64,000 nt of DNA from Candidatus Bathyarchaeia archaeon. GTDB taxonomy: Archaea; Thermoproteota; Bathyarchaeia; Bathyarchaeales; DTEX01. The position numbers and the translations under genes were made by a program. The stretch is from NCBI GenBank assembly GCA_038868075.1, contig JAWBXB010000005.1:43540-107539 (forward strand). Reading direction: 5' to 3'. Shown piece by piece: positions 26,758 to 36,773 of this stretch; position 1 is the first letter of the stretch; each line of letters starts with the position of its first letter. The notes below the pieces were generated by a model. The model was not told the DNA's origin and searched no databases. It saw nothing but the letters and a program-made list of their open reading frames with translations.

Positions 26758-27633
26758 CTAAAGTGTTAGATGGGCATTATTTATTTCTGGCGCTTTTGGA
26801 TAGGAGCCTAAAATTTTAACGAAGAGAGCATTAGACTTTAACCCTTCTAGGGCTTCAGCGCATCTAGCTTCGGTTCTATGCCCTTCAAAATCTAGGTAGA
26901 AATTGTATTCCCAGGGTCTCTGTCTAGTTGGTCTAGATTCAATTTTTGTCAGATTTATGCCTCTCAAAGCGAACTCTCCCAGAGCCCTATAAAGTGCCCC
27001 TGGAACATGCCTTGTTGAAAATATTATTGAAGTTTTATCATTACCAGTTGGTGGCGCATCAGATTTTGATAGAACAAAGAAGCGTGTATAATTATTTGGG
27101 TTGTCCGATATATCTTTAGCGAGAATACTCATATTATATATTTTTGCAGCCCTTTCGCTGGCTACTGCAGCAGCATCAACCATATTCTTCTCTTTGATCA
27201 TCTTAACGCTTCCAGCAGTATCATACGTGGATATCAGCTCACAATTTAATCTCTCAAGGAAGTTTCTACACTGCCCAAGTGCTTGTGGATGTGAAAAAAT
27301 GACTCTCACCGATTCCAATTTTGTACCAGGGTTCGCTATTAAGCAGTGAACTATTTTCAGGACAATTTCACCACAGACCTTAAGATCATACTCTAAGAAT
27401 AGATCGTAAACCTGCGTCACGCTTCCCTCAATAGAATTCTCTATAGGAACAACACCAAAGTCCACCTCATTATCTTCGACGCTCCTAAAAACATCCGAGA
27501 AACGTTTACATGGAATAGGTTGAACGTACGAGCCGAAAAATTCATAGATTGCACTTTCACTATACGCACCTATTTCACCCTGAAAGGCAACTTTCAGCGG
27601 ATCTCTAGATCTTTTAATTCCTTTAATATCCAT
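26758..27633 (-). CDS. pheA: Prephenate dehydratase with a C-terminal ACT domain
   Basis: VAFQGEIGAYSE, the TRF motif (NYTRFFVL) and ESRP (TKIESRPTRQ) are classical PheA signatures. Confidence 0.9.
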   Translation of the reverse strand: MDIKGIKRSRDPLKVAFQGEIGAYSESAIYEFFGSYVQPIPCKRFSDVFRSVEDNEVDFGVVPIENSIEGSVTQVYDLFLEYDLKVCGEIVLKIVHCLIANPGTKLESVRVIFSHPQALGQCRNFLERLNCELISTYDTAGSVKMIKEKNMVDAAAVASERAAKIYNMSILAKDISDNPNNYTRFFVLSKSDAPPTGNDKTSIIFSTRHVPGALYRALGEFALRGINLTKIESRPTRQRPWEYNFYLDFEGHRTEARCAEALEGLKSNALFVKILGSYPKAPEINNAHLTL

Positions 27634-27852
27634 ATACTACAACCGTATCTCATATTGAAGTTTAGTTATAGATTATTTAAGCGATTAATTTTTCATCGAT
27701 TAAAGAGGTAAATAAGCATTATTATTCATGAACATTCATGTCTAAGATAGGCAGATTATTTAAAAATAATGGATGGCGATTACCTATTGGTGACAAAAAG
27801 GTTAAATTTAGGCTAGCTATTAGCATAGCCATAAAAAGCGAGGCTAAATAAG

Positions 27853-28353
27853 TTGGCATACAAGTACATGGCTGAGGCTTGGAGAAAACCGAGCGAATCC
27901 TATGTAGAGGAGATTATGCGTGAAAGAGTAATTTTGTGGCGAAAGCAGCCAGCAGTTTACAGAATTGATAAGCCAACGCGTATTGACAGGGCTAGGAGAC
28001 TTGGATACAAGGATAAGCCTGGATACGTAATTGTGAGAGTTAGGGTTAGGAAAAGCGGGTTTAGAAAAACTAGACCTAGATCTGGAAGAAGGCAAAAGCG
28101 CATGGGTGTTACAAAGTATAAGCTGACAAAAAGTCTGAGACTTATAGCCGAGGAGAGAGCCGCAAGGAAGTTCCCGAATCTTGAGGTTCTCAATTCTTAT
28201 TGGGTTTGGGAAGATGGACGCTACAAGTGGTTTGAGGTTATAATGGTGGATAGAATGCTTTTGCCGGAACTTAAAATTGGAAAGGGCAGAGGTAGAGTTT
28301 TTAGAGGATTAACAAGTGCTGGAAGAAAAGTTCGGGGATTACTCTCTAAATAA
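27853..28353 (+). CDS. rpl15e: Ribosomal protein eL15 (L15e)
   Basis: YMAEAWRKP...[42 protein letters not shown] matches eL15. TTG start. Confidence 0.92.
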   Translation: MAYKYMAEAWRKPSESYVEEIMRERVILWRKQPAVYRIDKPTRIDRARRLGYKDKPGYVIVRVRVRKSGFRKTRPRSGRRQKRMGVTKYKLTKSLRLIAEERAARKFPNLEVLNSYWVWEDGRYKWFEVIMVDRMLLPELKIGKGRGRVFRGLTSAGRKVRGLLSK

Positions 28354-28384
28354 CTTGGATATTTTTTAAAATTCTGAGGAATTT

Positions 28385-28933
28385 TTATGGTAAGAAGACT
28401 GCTGCGGCAATAACCGTCGTCCATAATCCATTTTTATCTCCCTTAGCTGATTGGCATATATGGGTTGTCTTAAAAATCTTACCGCTAGCCTTATACACTT
28501 TCTTTCTCTCATCCCATGCCGTCTCCGGATCAAATTCTATGCCGAGGGTCATCGCAAGCATTGTTGCAGCAATATCCTCAGCGTATTCACCAGCTTTTTT
28601 AGCAGTTTCACCAAAAGAATGATGCTCAGCCAAATAACCATAGCCATCATTATCTTTTGGCAAGGCTAACCCTATAGCTGCTGAAATGAGCCGATTAGGT
28701 TCATTAGTTTCATTTCGAGCCATGACAACATATGTTATTTGTCCGGGCTTAAGTAACTTAAGACCCTCCTCTCTGGGAATTATCTTGCAGCCTGGCGGGA
28801 AGATGCTTGAAACGCAAACTAAGTTACACTTCTCTATTCCAGCCTTTCTTAACGCTAACTCGAAGGAAGCAAGTCTATCTTTATGTGCGCCGACGCCCTT
28901 AGTAAAGAACATTTTGGTTGGAATCATGCTCAT
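28385..28933 (-). CDS. pdaD: Pyruvoyl-dependent arginine decarboxylase
   Basis: [43 protein letters not shown] includes the VSS self-cleavage site region. Confidence 0.88.
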   Translation of the reverse strand: MSMIPTKMFFTKGVGAHKDRLASFELALRKAGIEKCNLVCVSSIFPPGCKIIPREEGLKLLKPGQITYVVMARNETNEPNRLISAAIGLALPKDNDGYGYLAEHHSFGETAKKAGEYAEDIAATMLAMTLGIEFDPETAWDERKKVYKASGKIFKTTHICQSAKGDKNGLWTTVIAAAVFLP

Positions 28934-29132
28934 GAAATTTATATGAATAAAATGGCTTTTTAAAATCTTTCTATTAAAAAATGCCTAACATATACTTTCA
29001 CTAATTTAAAAAATAATAAAATTTATCTTTTTGATAAAAAAGAAGAAAAATTTAGCCAATTTTTGATAATCATTCAAATAATTTTAAATTTCGGTTACTT
29101 TTATAATAAATTTTTGAAGTGGTGAAAATATT

Positions 29133-29348
29133 ATGATTAAAGCTATAGTTTATAGAGGAATGAGGAGGCGGGCCGGTAAAGGTTTCAGTAAAGAAGAGCT
29201 TAAGGCTGTTAACTTAAGCTTTAAAGAAGCATTGAAATTAGGGCTTCCGATAAATGCTAGAAGAAGAACAGTACATAAGGAGAACATCGAGAGCTTAAAG
29301 AACTATTTAACTCAATTATATAAAGAAGGCTTAAAAGAGAGTAGGTAG
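29133..29348 (+). CDS. rpl13e: Ribosomal protein eL13 (L13e), short archaeal form
   Basis: RRAGKGFSKEELKAVNLSFKEALKLGLPINARRRTVHKENIESLKNYL parallels eukaryotic eL13 RAGRGFSLEEL...RRRN...N(V/I)xxLKxY (recalled). Confidence 0.75.
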   Translation: MIKAIVYRGMRRRAGKGFSKEELKAVNLSFKEALKLGLPINARRRTVHKENIESLKNYLTQLYKEGLKESR

Positions 29349-29368
29349 CTTCTAAAGATTGAAAGTGA

Positions 29369-29815
29369 TTGTTAATGAAGAGTAAAATATCTTATATAGA
29401 TGTGAGCTTCTTTGCCCATGCAACCGAAGATCAAAATAAAGTTCTCAAAGCCGTTAGAAATATTCTTCCCTCCAAATATGTCGATAAAATATCTTTTAGC
29501 AAAAGCAATTTGAAGGGGGAGTATGGAAACCCAATAATATTCTTTAAAACCCAGATAAGGGAACCTGAAATAGCAGAGTCTTTGTTAGCTAACATATCAT
29601 CAAATCTTCCGACAGTTGACAAAGAAGATTTGCTTAAACACTTAGACCTACACTTAAATGGCGGAAGTCTATACATTAGACTCAATAAGCAGGAAGCGTT
29701 CAAAGGTAAACTTAGACTCTGCAGAGCTGACCCAATAAGGATACACATAAAATTTAAAGCATCAAAGTTTGAAGAGATTAGAGAATTATGTCAAGTAATC
29801 GGATTATTGCCATGA
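29369..29815 (+). CDS. RNA-binding protein of the COG1325 'predicted exosome subunit' family
   Basis: The FFAHATEDQNKVLKAV motif (HATED box) and its position upstream of the RNase P protein genes are typical of the archaeal translation/RNA-processing superoperon. Confidence 0.65.
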   Translation: MLMKSKISYIDVSFFAHATEDQNKVLKAVRNILPSKYVDKISFSKSNLKGEYGNPIIFFKTQIREPEIAESLLANISSNLPTVDKEDLLKHLDLHLNGGSLYIRLNKQEAFKGKLRLCRADPIRIHIKFKASKFEEIRELCQVIGLLP

Positions 29816-30546
29816 AGAAGTCATTCATCGATCTTCACCTTTGTCCACAGATAAATCAAATAGATAAAGTAAAGTCGTTGTTGGAGAAATCCGCTGAATT
29901 AGGATATAGTGCTGTGGGATTAACATTTCAATATGATGCTAAAAGGGATAATATGGATCAGGCGACAAGAATCTGCAGAGATCTAGGTTTAGATCCAATT
30001 GTGAGAGCTGACTTAGCGCCCAAAAACGCTAGGGATCTCCTAGACACCCTAAGTAAAATTAGGAGAAAATTTGAGGTAATCGCTGTTTACTGCAACACTA
30101 GGGAGGTTGCTCTACAAGCCGCTAAAGATCAAAGAGTTGACCTACTCTTTTTCTCCCAAAATGATCCAAGAAAGCATTATTTCGGAGTCTCTGAAGCTAA
30201 GCTCGCTTCTAAGAAAAATGCGGCTTTAGAAGTTAATTTATCTCCGTTAATTTACCTAGATAGTTATTCCAGAATTAGAATTTTGAGCGTTCTTAGAAGG
30301 GAGATTTTGATAGCAACTAAATTTGGCGTGCCAATAATTCTATCAAGTGGAGCGAGCAGTCCACAAATGTTAAGAGGACCGAGAGATTATGTTTCCCTTG
30401 CTTGTTTGATAGGTTTAGATACGTATAATGCTAAGCGATCTCTTTCAGATAATCCAAGGAGCATAGTCGAACGCAACCGAAGAAAATTAAGTCAAAATTA
30501 TGTATGTCCAGGGGTTTATTTGGTGAAGAGGGGTGAAGATTGTTAG
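29812..30546 (+). CDS. rnp3: RNase P protein component 3 (Rpp30)
   Basis: TIM-barrel/PHP-like Rpp30 pattern (FIDLHL..., VIAVYCNTREV, VDLLF, ALEVNLSPL, PIILSSGA). The preferred start ATG 29812 overlaps the upstream stop as ATGA. Confidence 0.85.
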   Translation: MKKSFIDLHLCPQINQIDKVKSLLEKSAELGYSAVGLTFQYDAKRDNMDQATRICRDLGLDPIVRADLAPKNARDLLDTLSKIRRKFEVIAVYCNTREVALQAAKDQRVDLLFFSQNDPRKHYFGVSEAKLASKKNAALEVNLSPLIYLDSYSRIRILSVLRREILIATKFGVPIILSSGASSPQMLRGPRDYVSLACLIGLDTYNAKRSLSDNPRSIVERNRRKLSQNYVCPGVYLVKRGEDC

Positions 30547-30881
30547 AGAGAGTTAGACGACGTTATATTCTAGTGAAGATTAATAGTGACCAGATCCCCA
30601 AGGATAGGGACTTTCAAAGTGCTTTATTATCCAGCATTATTCGCTTATTTGGTGAGTATGGTGCTAGCCAAACAGATGTATCTCTGGTTAAGTATGATCG
30701 GAAGATGAAGTACGCTATTGTACGCTGCTCTCATAAGGCTTTACCCATGGTTCAAGCAGCAATAGCGGCTATAACTAAAATCGGAGAACATGAGACTTCT
30801 GCGCATACCATTCTTGTTTCAGGAACATTAAAGGCTTTAAAGAGAAAGATTAATGCAATATCCATGAGTGAAAAAGAATAA
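30540..30881 (+). CDS. rnp2: RNase P protein component 2 (Pop5)
   Basis: 113 aa, RRRYILVKI... N-terminus. It overlaps rnp3 by 7 nt, the conserved Rpp30-Pop5 gene order. Confidence 0.8.
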   Translation: MLERVRRRYILVKINSDQIPKDRDFQSALLSSIIRLFGEYGASQTDVSLVKYDRKMKYAIVRCSHKALPMVQAAIAAITKIGEHETSAHTILVSGTLKALKRKINAISMSEKE

Positions 30882-30935
30882 AAAGTAGTAGTGTTGAAAA
30901 ATGTTCTTAATTTGACCTAGAAAAGAGGTGCATTA

Positions 30936-31640
30936 ATGAGCAAAATTAAGAGGTCATTAATGACTGACAAGGAAAACTCAAAAGATTTTTTCATGCTCTA
31001 TAAATTAGCTGAAATAGGGGCATATAATCAGACGATAAAGATTTCAACAACAACCCTTGCAAAAGAGATTGGATTATCCCAGCAAAGTACCTCCAGATAT
31101 TTAATCAATTTGGAACGAAAGGGATTAATACAGCGAATTGCAACTAGAGAGGGAAGTTATATCAGAATTTCTAAGGCAGGAGAAGACTATCTTAAAAAAA
31201 TTTATTTCGGTTTAAGTGCGATCTTTGAGGGAAAACCGCGCTCAATAGTTATTGAGGGAAGAGTTTTCAGCGGTCTTGGAGAAGGCGCCTACTATGTTTC
31301 TAAAGAAGCATATAGGAAGCAATTTATTGAGAAACTAGGTTTTGATCCATATCCGGGAACACTTAATCTGAAAATAGTTGGTGAGCAAAATGCCAAATTA
31401 AGGGCGGAGCTGGACGCTTATTCAGGGATAGAAATTGAGGGATTTAGAGATGAGAATAGAACTTATGGACCTGTTAAATGCTTTCATGCCATAATAAACG
31501 GAAAGGAGAAGGGGGCTGTTGTTTTTGCCCTTAGAAGTCATTATAACAAAAATGTTTTAGAGATTATAGCTCCGGTATATTTGAGGGAGCAATTGAGACT
31601 TAAGGATGGAGATAAAGTTAAAGTGGAAATACTTCTCTAA
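30936..31640 (+). CDS. ribK: CTP-dependent riboflavin kinase fused to an N-terminal winged-helix domain (RbkR-like)
   Basis: wHTH (TLAKEIGLSQQSTSRYLINLERKGLIQR) followed by the archaeal RibK core GRVFSGLGEGAYYV...LGFDPYPGTLNLKI. Confidence 0.85.
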   Translation: MSKIKRSLMTDKENSKDFFMLYKLAEIGAYNQTIKISTTTLAKEIGLSQQSTSRYLINLERKGLIQRIATREGSYIRISKAGEDYLKKIYFGLSAIFEGKPRSIVIEGRVFSGLGEGAYYVSKEAYRKQFIEKLGFDPYPGTLNLKIVGEQNAKLRAELDAYSGIEIEGFRDENRTYGPVKCFHAIINGKEKGAVVFALRSHYNKNVLEIIAPVYLREQLRLKDGDKVKVEILL

Positions 31641-31654
31641 ATCCTTAAAGAAAA

Positions 31655-31897
31655 TTATTTTTTGTTCAGTTGTACAAGCCTTTTTCCTTTTGTTAGGGAC
31701 GAAACGAAGATTAATCCAGATATCTCCATCTTCATTAAAACCTTATTAAGATCATTAAAGCTTAAGTCCTTAAACGTTGGGGAAGATTTTAATAGCTCAA
31801 TTAATTCGATATCGCTGAGTGAACCTTTTTTCTCGAGAGATTCAATTATGGCTGTATAAAGTGGCTGAGATCTCCATGTTTTAACAGACATTAACAT
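31655..31897 (-). CDS. Hypothetical small winged-helix-like protein
   Basis: 80-aa ORF 10 nt downstream of cdc48 on the same strand. LYTAIIESLEKKGSLSDIELIELL resembles an HTH. Confidence 0.5.
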   Translation of the reverse strand: MLMSVKTWRSQPLYTAIIESLEKKGSLSDIELIELLKSSPTFKDLSFNDLNKVLMKMEISGLIFVSSLTKGKRLVQLNKK

Positions 31898-31907
31898 TCA
31901 CCATCAT

Positions 31908-34085
31908 TTACGCAACTAATGGCAGGGTAACCTTCTGCATTCTCTTGAACTGCTGACCCCAGTTCCTATACCAGTTCTCCATATCCGGCGTTATGCTTGG
32001 ACCAACCTTTTTCATAGCCTCTTGGAAGTCAGCTATGGTAACCTCCTTAGCGTTCATGTCACGTCTCAGGGCTATTAAGGCTGCCTCGCGACATAAGGCT
32101 TCAATATCTGCACCAGAATAACCTTTAGTCATGCTTGCCAGCAACCTCAGATCTACATCTTTCGCTAAGGGCATATTTTTTGTGTGTATCTTAAAGATGG
32201 ACAGTCTTCCCTCCTCATTTGGTTCAGGAACATATATCAGACGATCAAATCTACCGGGTCTCAAAATAGCTGGATCAATCAAATCGGGCCTATTTGTAGC
32301 CGCTAAAACCACGACATCTTCAAGGGTCGATATTCCATCAATCTCCGTTAACAATTGGCTGATAACTCGCTCTGTTACCCCGCTATCTCCGTATCCTAAG
32401 CCCCTTCTTGGGACAAGTGAATCAATCTCATCGAAGAATATTATTGCTGGAGACGACATTCTAGCCTTTCTGAAAACCTCCCGAACAGCCTTCTCTGATT
32501 CACCAACCCATTTAGATAGAACCTCCGGACCCTTAACGCTGATGAAGTTTGCCTCACTTTCTGTTGCAACAGCTTTAGCTAATAGAGTTTTACCACAGCC
32601 AGGCGGACCATAAAGCAATATACCCTTCGGAGGCTTAATACCCATTCTCTTAAATACTTCCGGATTCTTAATTGGCCATTCAACAGCCTCCTTTAGCTCT
32701 TGCTTAACTTCTTCCAAGTCTCCAATATCATCCCAATAGACTGTTGGAACCTCTATGGCAACCTCCCTCAGCGCTGTTGGCGTAATTTCTTTGAAGGCGT
32801 TTAAGAAGTCCTCCATCCTAACTTCCATCTTTTCAAGGACCTCTGGCGGAATCCTCTCCTGCTCTAAATCAATCTCGGGAAGATATCTTCTCAAAGCTTT
32901 CATAGCTGTTTCACGACATAAAGCTGCTAAATCCGCTCCAGTAAAACCATGCGTCATTTCAGCTAATTTCTTTAAGTCAACGTTTTCAGCTAAAGGCATT
33001 CCTCTCGTATGAATTAAAAGTATTTCGTAACGCCCTTGCTTATCTGGTATACCTATTTCTATTTCTCGATCAAATCTGCCCGGTCTTCTGAGAGCTGGAT
33101 CGAGGGCATTAGGTCTATTTGTTGCACCAATAACTATCACGTTCCCCCTTTCTGTTAAGCCGTCCATAAGAGCTAACAGTTGCGCAACAACTCTACGTTC
33201 AACCTCACCAGTAACTTCTTCCCTCTTCGGGGCTATTGCATCCAACTCATCTATGAAGATTATACTCGGGGCGTTCTGCTGAGCTTGCTGGAATATTTCA
33301 CGAAGCCTAGCCTCAGATTCTCCATAAAACTTATTCATTATTTCTGGACCATTTATTGAAATGAAATATGCATCTGACTCATTGGCAACAGCTTTAGCTA
33401 ATAGAGTTTTACCACAGCCAGGCGGACCATAAAGCAATACGCCTTTAGGTGGCTCTATTCCAAGTCTCTGGAATAGCTCCGGGTGTCTAAGCGGTAGCTC
33501 GACCATTTCTCTTAGCCGCTGGATTTCCTCCTTTAATCCGCCAATATCTTCATATGTTATTCTCGGCAGCCCTTTAACCTCTGAAACTGGTTCTGAAAGT
33601 ATTTGTAGATTTGTATCATAGGTTAATCTGACAATGCCATGTGGTCTAGTTTTAGTGACAACAAACTGTACTGGATGACCTAGCATCATAACAAGCGTTG
33701 TATCCCCCTCAACAAATGTTCTCTCTAAGAGTCTGTTCTTTACAAAGCTCGTGAAGTCCTCATCGACATTTAGGTGCATGTCTACTGGTGCAAGTACTAC
33801 ACTTAGAGCGTCGACAACTTCGGCTCTCCGAACAATAACGTATTCATTTATTGAGACACCAGCATTTTTTCGTGTTATACCATCTATTCTTATTATACCC
33901 TTACCCTGATCTTCAGCGTAAGCTGGCCATGCTATAGCTGATGTCCTTCTTTTACCAATTATTTCAATAACATCCCCAGCTGAAACCCCTATCTTCTCCA
34001 TCGTTTTCTGATCGATTCTAGCGATACCTCTATAAACATCCCTTTGCTTAGCATCGCCCACTCTAAGTTGTACCTCATTTACCAT
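31908..34085 (-). CDS. cdc48: CDC48/VCP-type AAA+ ATPase (double-psi barrel N-domain plus D1 and D2)
   Basis: The N-domain begins RLRVGDA... and contains RIDG. Two Walker A motifs ([15 protein letters not shown]), two Walker B motifs ([16 protein letters not shown]), and SRH regions. Confidence 0.95.
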   Translation of the reverse strand: MVNEVQLRVGDAKQRDVYRGIARIDQKTMEKIGVSAGDVIEIIGKRRTSAIAWPAYAEDQGKGIIRIDGITRKNAGVSINEYVIVRRAEVVDALSVVLAPVDMHLNVDEDFTSFVKNRLLERTFVEGDTTLVMMLGHPVQFVVTKTRPHGIVRLTYDTNLQILSEPVSEVKGLPRITYEDIGGLKEEIQRLREMVELPLRHPELFQRLGIEPPKGVLLYGPPGCGKTLLAKAVANESDAYFISINGPEIMNKFYGESEARLREIFQQAQQNAPSIIFIDELDAIAPKREEVTGEVERRVVAQLLALMDGLTERGNVIVIGATNRPNALDPALRRPGRFDREIEIGIPDKQGRYEILLIHTRGMPLAENVDLKKLAEMTHGFTGADLAALCRETAMKALRRYLPEIDLEQERIPPEVLEKMEVRMEDFLNAFKEITPTALREVAIEVPTVYWDDIGDLEEVKQELKEAVEWPIKNPEVFKRMGIKPPKGILLYGPPGCGKTLLAKAVATESEANFISVKGPEVLSKWVGESEKAVREVFRKARMSSPAIIFFDEIDSLVPRRGLGYGDSGVTERVISQLLTEIDGISTLEDVVVLAATNRPDLIDPAILRPGRFDRLIYVPEPNEEGRLSIFKIHTKNMPLAKDVDLRLLASMTKGYSGADIEALCREAALIALRRDMNAKEVTIADFQEAMKKVGPSITPDMENWYRNWGQQFKRMQKVTLPLVA
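32566..32620. repeat. 55-nt perfect intragenic repeat, copy 1 (cdc48 D2 P-loop coding segment)
   Basis: GCAACAGCTTTAGCTAATAGAGTTTTACCACAGCCAGGCGGACCATAAAGCAATA is identical to 33385-33439. Confidence 0.85.
33385..33439. repeat. 55-nt perfect intragenic repeat, copy 2 (cdc48 D1 P-loop coding segment)
   Basis: Identical to 32566-32620. The flanking codons on both sides are diverged. Confidence 0.85.
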
Positions 34086-34171
34086 CTGATGAGACTCTCC
34101 TCCCCCACGGATTCCTTTCTCAATTAATATGAGTGAGTGAAGTTCTCAGATATAAATGTGGTGTAAGGATT

Positions 34172-34441
34172 TTAAGTTCTTCTTACCATAATTGCTTGTA
34201 TGTCACTTACATCTTCTATACTTAGTATGCTCCTCTCGATCTCGTCCAACCCGCCGGATTGATTCTCAGGTAGAACAATATGGGCTATAAGCGCCATTAA
34301 ACCAAAGGCAATTGGTTCTTCTTCAAATTTGTAAATCGATGCGTAGCTAGGTAAAGAAACCCTGATCTTCTCCTTTAAGGAATCCATGTTGACGTTTATA
34401 TCTGCCGGAAATATTTTTAAGGAGACTACAACTTTAGCCAA
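34172..34441 (-). CDS. ef1b: Translation elongation factor aEF-1 beta
   Basis: 89 aa, (M)AKVVVSLKIFPADINVNMDSLKEKI...EEPIAFGLMALIAHIVLPE is typical of aEF-1beta. TTG start. Confidence 0.85.
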   Translation of the reverse strand: MAKVVVSLKIFPADINVNMDSLKEKIRVSLPSYASIYKFEEEPIAFGLMALIAHIVLPENQSGGLDEIERSILSIEDVSDIQAIMVRRT

Positions 34442-34533
34442 CCGATATCCTCCTAGCAGATGCTCAATAAATGGTACATCAAATATTTTAAAGTTATGCT
34501 TTTCAACACATAATCCTTATATTATTACAGTAT

Positions 34534-35775
34534 TTGAGTGTCTGTTCTAGATTCAAGATAGAGAGAATGAACATTATGAGTATTGAGGAAGTGGAAGTAG
34601 CAGTAGTTGGAGCCGGACCCTCCGGGCTAATTACAGCCCGTGAATCGGCTTTAAGAGGAGCTAAGGTCCTCGTTTTAGAGGAACACAAAGAAATTGGTTT
34701 ACCCAACCATTGCGCTGGACTTCTAAGCATAAACGGGCTAGGTAGAATCGGTATTCCGCTTAATGAGTCTTATGTGCAAAATAAGGTCAAAGGAGCACGC
34801 TTCTTCTCCCCATCAAATCTCTCATTTACAATTGAAAGAAAAGAGGCTGTCGCATGCGTTGTTGATCGCCATCTACTTGATAATTTTCTAGCGAAACAAG
34901 CCTTAAAGAATGGAGCACTCATAAAATTGAACTCGAAGGTTAAATCAGTGAAACGCTGTAATAATAGATGGGTTCTAGAAGCTGAAAATTACGGCAAGGT
35001 AAAGACTAAGATTCTGATAGATGCCGAGGGCGCATCGCCAAGAATATTAGGTATGACTGGTTTAAAAACTCTGGGAGTAAAAAGGTTATTAAGAGGGTTT
35101 CAGGCGGATTTAGAGGGGGTTAACGTAGATCCAGACTACGTTGAAGTTCACTTTAGTAGAGAGATAGCTCCAGGCTTTTTCGCTTGGGTAATACCACTGA
35201 ACAAAGATGTTGCCAGGGTAGGTTTAGCATGCAAATATTTTAATCCGAGGGAAAGACTGTTCAGGTTTATAAAGAAACGCTTTAAAAAGGCCGTTAATGA
35301 AAAATTAAAGATCCTTAGGTTTTATTCAGGCTTAATTATTACATGTGGTCCAATTGAGAAGACATACGATGATAACCTTTTAGTAGTTGGGGACTCTGCT
35401 GGGCAAGTTAAGCCTATAACTGGCGGCGGGGTTATTTTCGGTGGAACCTGTGCTATAATAGCTGGTAAAATAGCATCTGAAGCTATTAAGAGTGGTAAAA
35501 CTGAAAGAGAATTCCTTAAAAGGTACGAGGATGAGTGGAAAGCAAGGATTGGGAAGGAGATTAAGATTTCACTTTTAATCAGGAGGATCCTGAATAAGAT
35601 TTCTGATAAGAGTATAGATAGAGTATTCTCAGTAATTATTGAGGAGGAAATTCATAGGGATATCTCGGAGGGAGGAGATATGGATCTTCAAGGAAGCTCA
35701 ATTATAAAGATCTTTAGGAGGAGAGGAGATATGAAATCTTTGTTCATGATTCTCAAAGCAATATTATTTCACTAA
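34534..35775 (+). CDS. Geranylgeranyl reductase family FAD-dependent oxidoreductase
   Basis: Dinucleotide-binding [29 protein letters not shown] and the GD motif [16 protein letters not shown]. The likely start is ATG 34567. Confidence 0.85.
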   Translation: MSVCSRFKIERMNIMSIEEVEVAVVGAGPSGLITARESALRGAKVLVLEEHKEIGLPNHCAGLLSINGLGRIGIPLNESYVQNKVKGARFFSPSNLSFTIERKEAVACVVDRHLLDNFLAKQALKNGALIKLNSKVKSVKRCNNRWVLEAENYGKVKTKILIDAEGASPRILGMTGLKTLGVKRLLRGFQADLEGVNVDPDYVEVHFSREIAPGFFAWVIPLNKDVARVGLACKYFNPRERLFRFIKKRFKKAVNEKLKILRFYSGLIITCGPIEKTYDDNLLVVGDSAGQVKPITGGGVIFGGTCAIIAGKIASEAIKSGKTEREFLKRYEDEWKARIGKEIKISLLIRRILNKISDKSIDRVFSVIIEEEIHRDISEGGDMDLQGSSIIKIFRRRGDMKSLFMILKAILFH

Positions 35776-35813
35776 AATATATAAGTAAGCGCGAGATATT
35801 ATGCAAACTAAAA

Positions 35814-36008
35814 GTGGGTGTCGTGAGATTGAGCAAAAGAATAACGATGCCAGTTTGCACATCATGTAACAGGATAATCCCGCCTAGAACGAATGCAACC
35901 TCATTTCCATGTCCAAATTGCGGTGAAATAATAATATGGCGTTGCTCTAAATGCCGGCTATTCAGACGTCAATATAAATGCCCAAAATGTGGGTTTCAGG
36001 GACCTTAG
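35814..36008 (+). CDS. Double Zn-ribbon protein (COG2888/DUF1610 family)
   Basis: Four CxxC pairs: CTSC...CPNC...CSKC...CPKCGFQGP. Confidence 0.75.
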   Translation: MGVVRLSKRITMPVCTSCNRIIPPRTNATSFPCPNCGEIIIWRCSKCRLFRRQYKCPKCGFQGP

Positions 36009-36105
36009 AGAATACAGAAACTTGCTAAATAAAGAATAATATGAAAAGTCTTATGTTTTAGTTTATTGAAAGATTTTGTCTTTACGGGGGAAGAAGAGAA
36101 GAAAA

Positions 36106-36552
36106 TTACTGGATTTTAGATTCATGATCTATTATTTTCCTTATATTGCCGATTTGGTTCTCGTCAGGTTTTTCTACCGATAACCAAGCATTCAAGATTT
36201 CCCTCCCAATGTATGGCGTAGTTAGTCTCCCACTTAATGCTAAAACATTTGCATCATTCCATAGTCTGGCCCCTTTCGCTGACTCAGCATCAAAACATAA
36301 TGCTGCCCTAACACCTTTAACCTTATTCGCGGCGATCGTAACCCCTGTTCCAGTGTAGCATATCACTATTCTAAAGTTAGCTTTACCCTCAGCCACATCC
36401 GCAGCTACTGAAGAGGCTACATCGGGCCAAGGCTCAATCTTTCCAGATTCTAGAGCACTATAAGCTTTAACCTCAAATCCCCTCTTTCTCAATTCTTCAT
36501 GAAGCATTATTGCTACAGGATATAGGTCATCCGACCCTATCGAAACCTTCAT
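36106..36552 (-). CDS. rpiB: Ribose-5-phosphate isomerase B (RpiB/LacAB family)
   Basis: CYTGTGVTIAANKVKGVRAALCFD...NDANVLALSGR matches RpiB blocks. Confidence 0.85.
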   Translation of the reverse strand: MKVSIGSDDLYPVAIMLHEELRKRGFEVKAYSALESGKIEPWPDVASSVAADVAEGKANFRIVICYTGTGVTIAANKVKGVRAALCFDAESAKGARLWNDANVLALSGRLTTPYIGREILNAWLSVEKPDENQIGNIRKIIDHESKIQ

Positions 36553-36773
36553 CTCTCCGTCACCACATGTCTAAGTGCAGGGCTCCAATTTCATAGCTTT
36601 AAAATAACCTTAAATCTATTTCCTTTAGATTAGTTTTAAAGGAATGGATTTAGCTGTTGAAGCAATAGCGTGGCAGCATCATATTATGCTTTAAAGCACG
36701 TTCAAATTCTTGAGTAGAAGTTGCACAAAAATTCCATGATGAAAATTAATTTTTCAAAGTGAATTCGATCATA

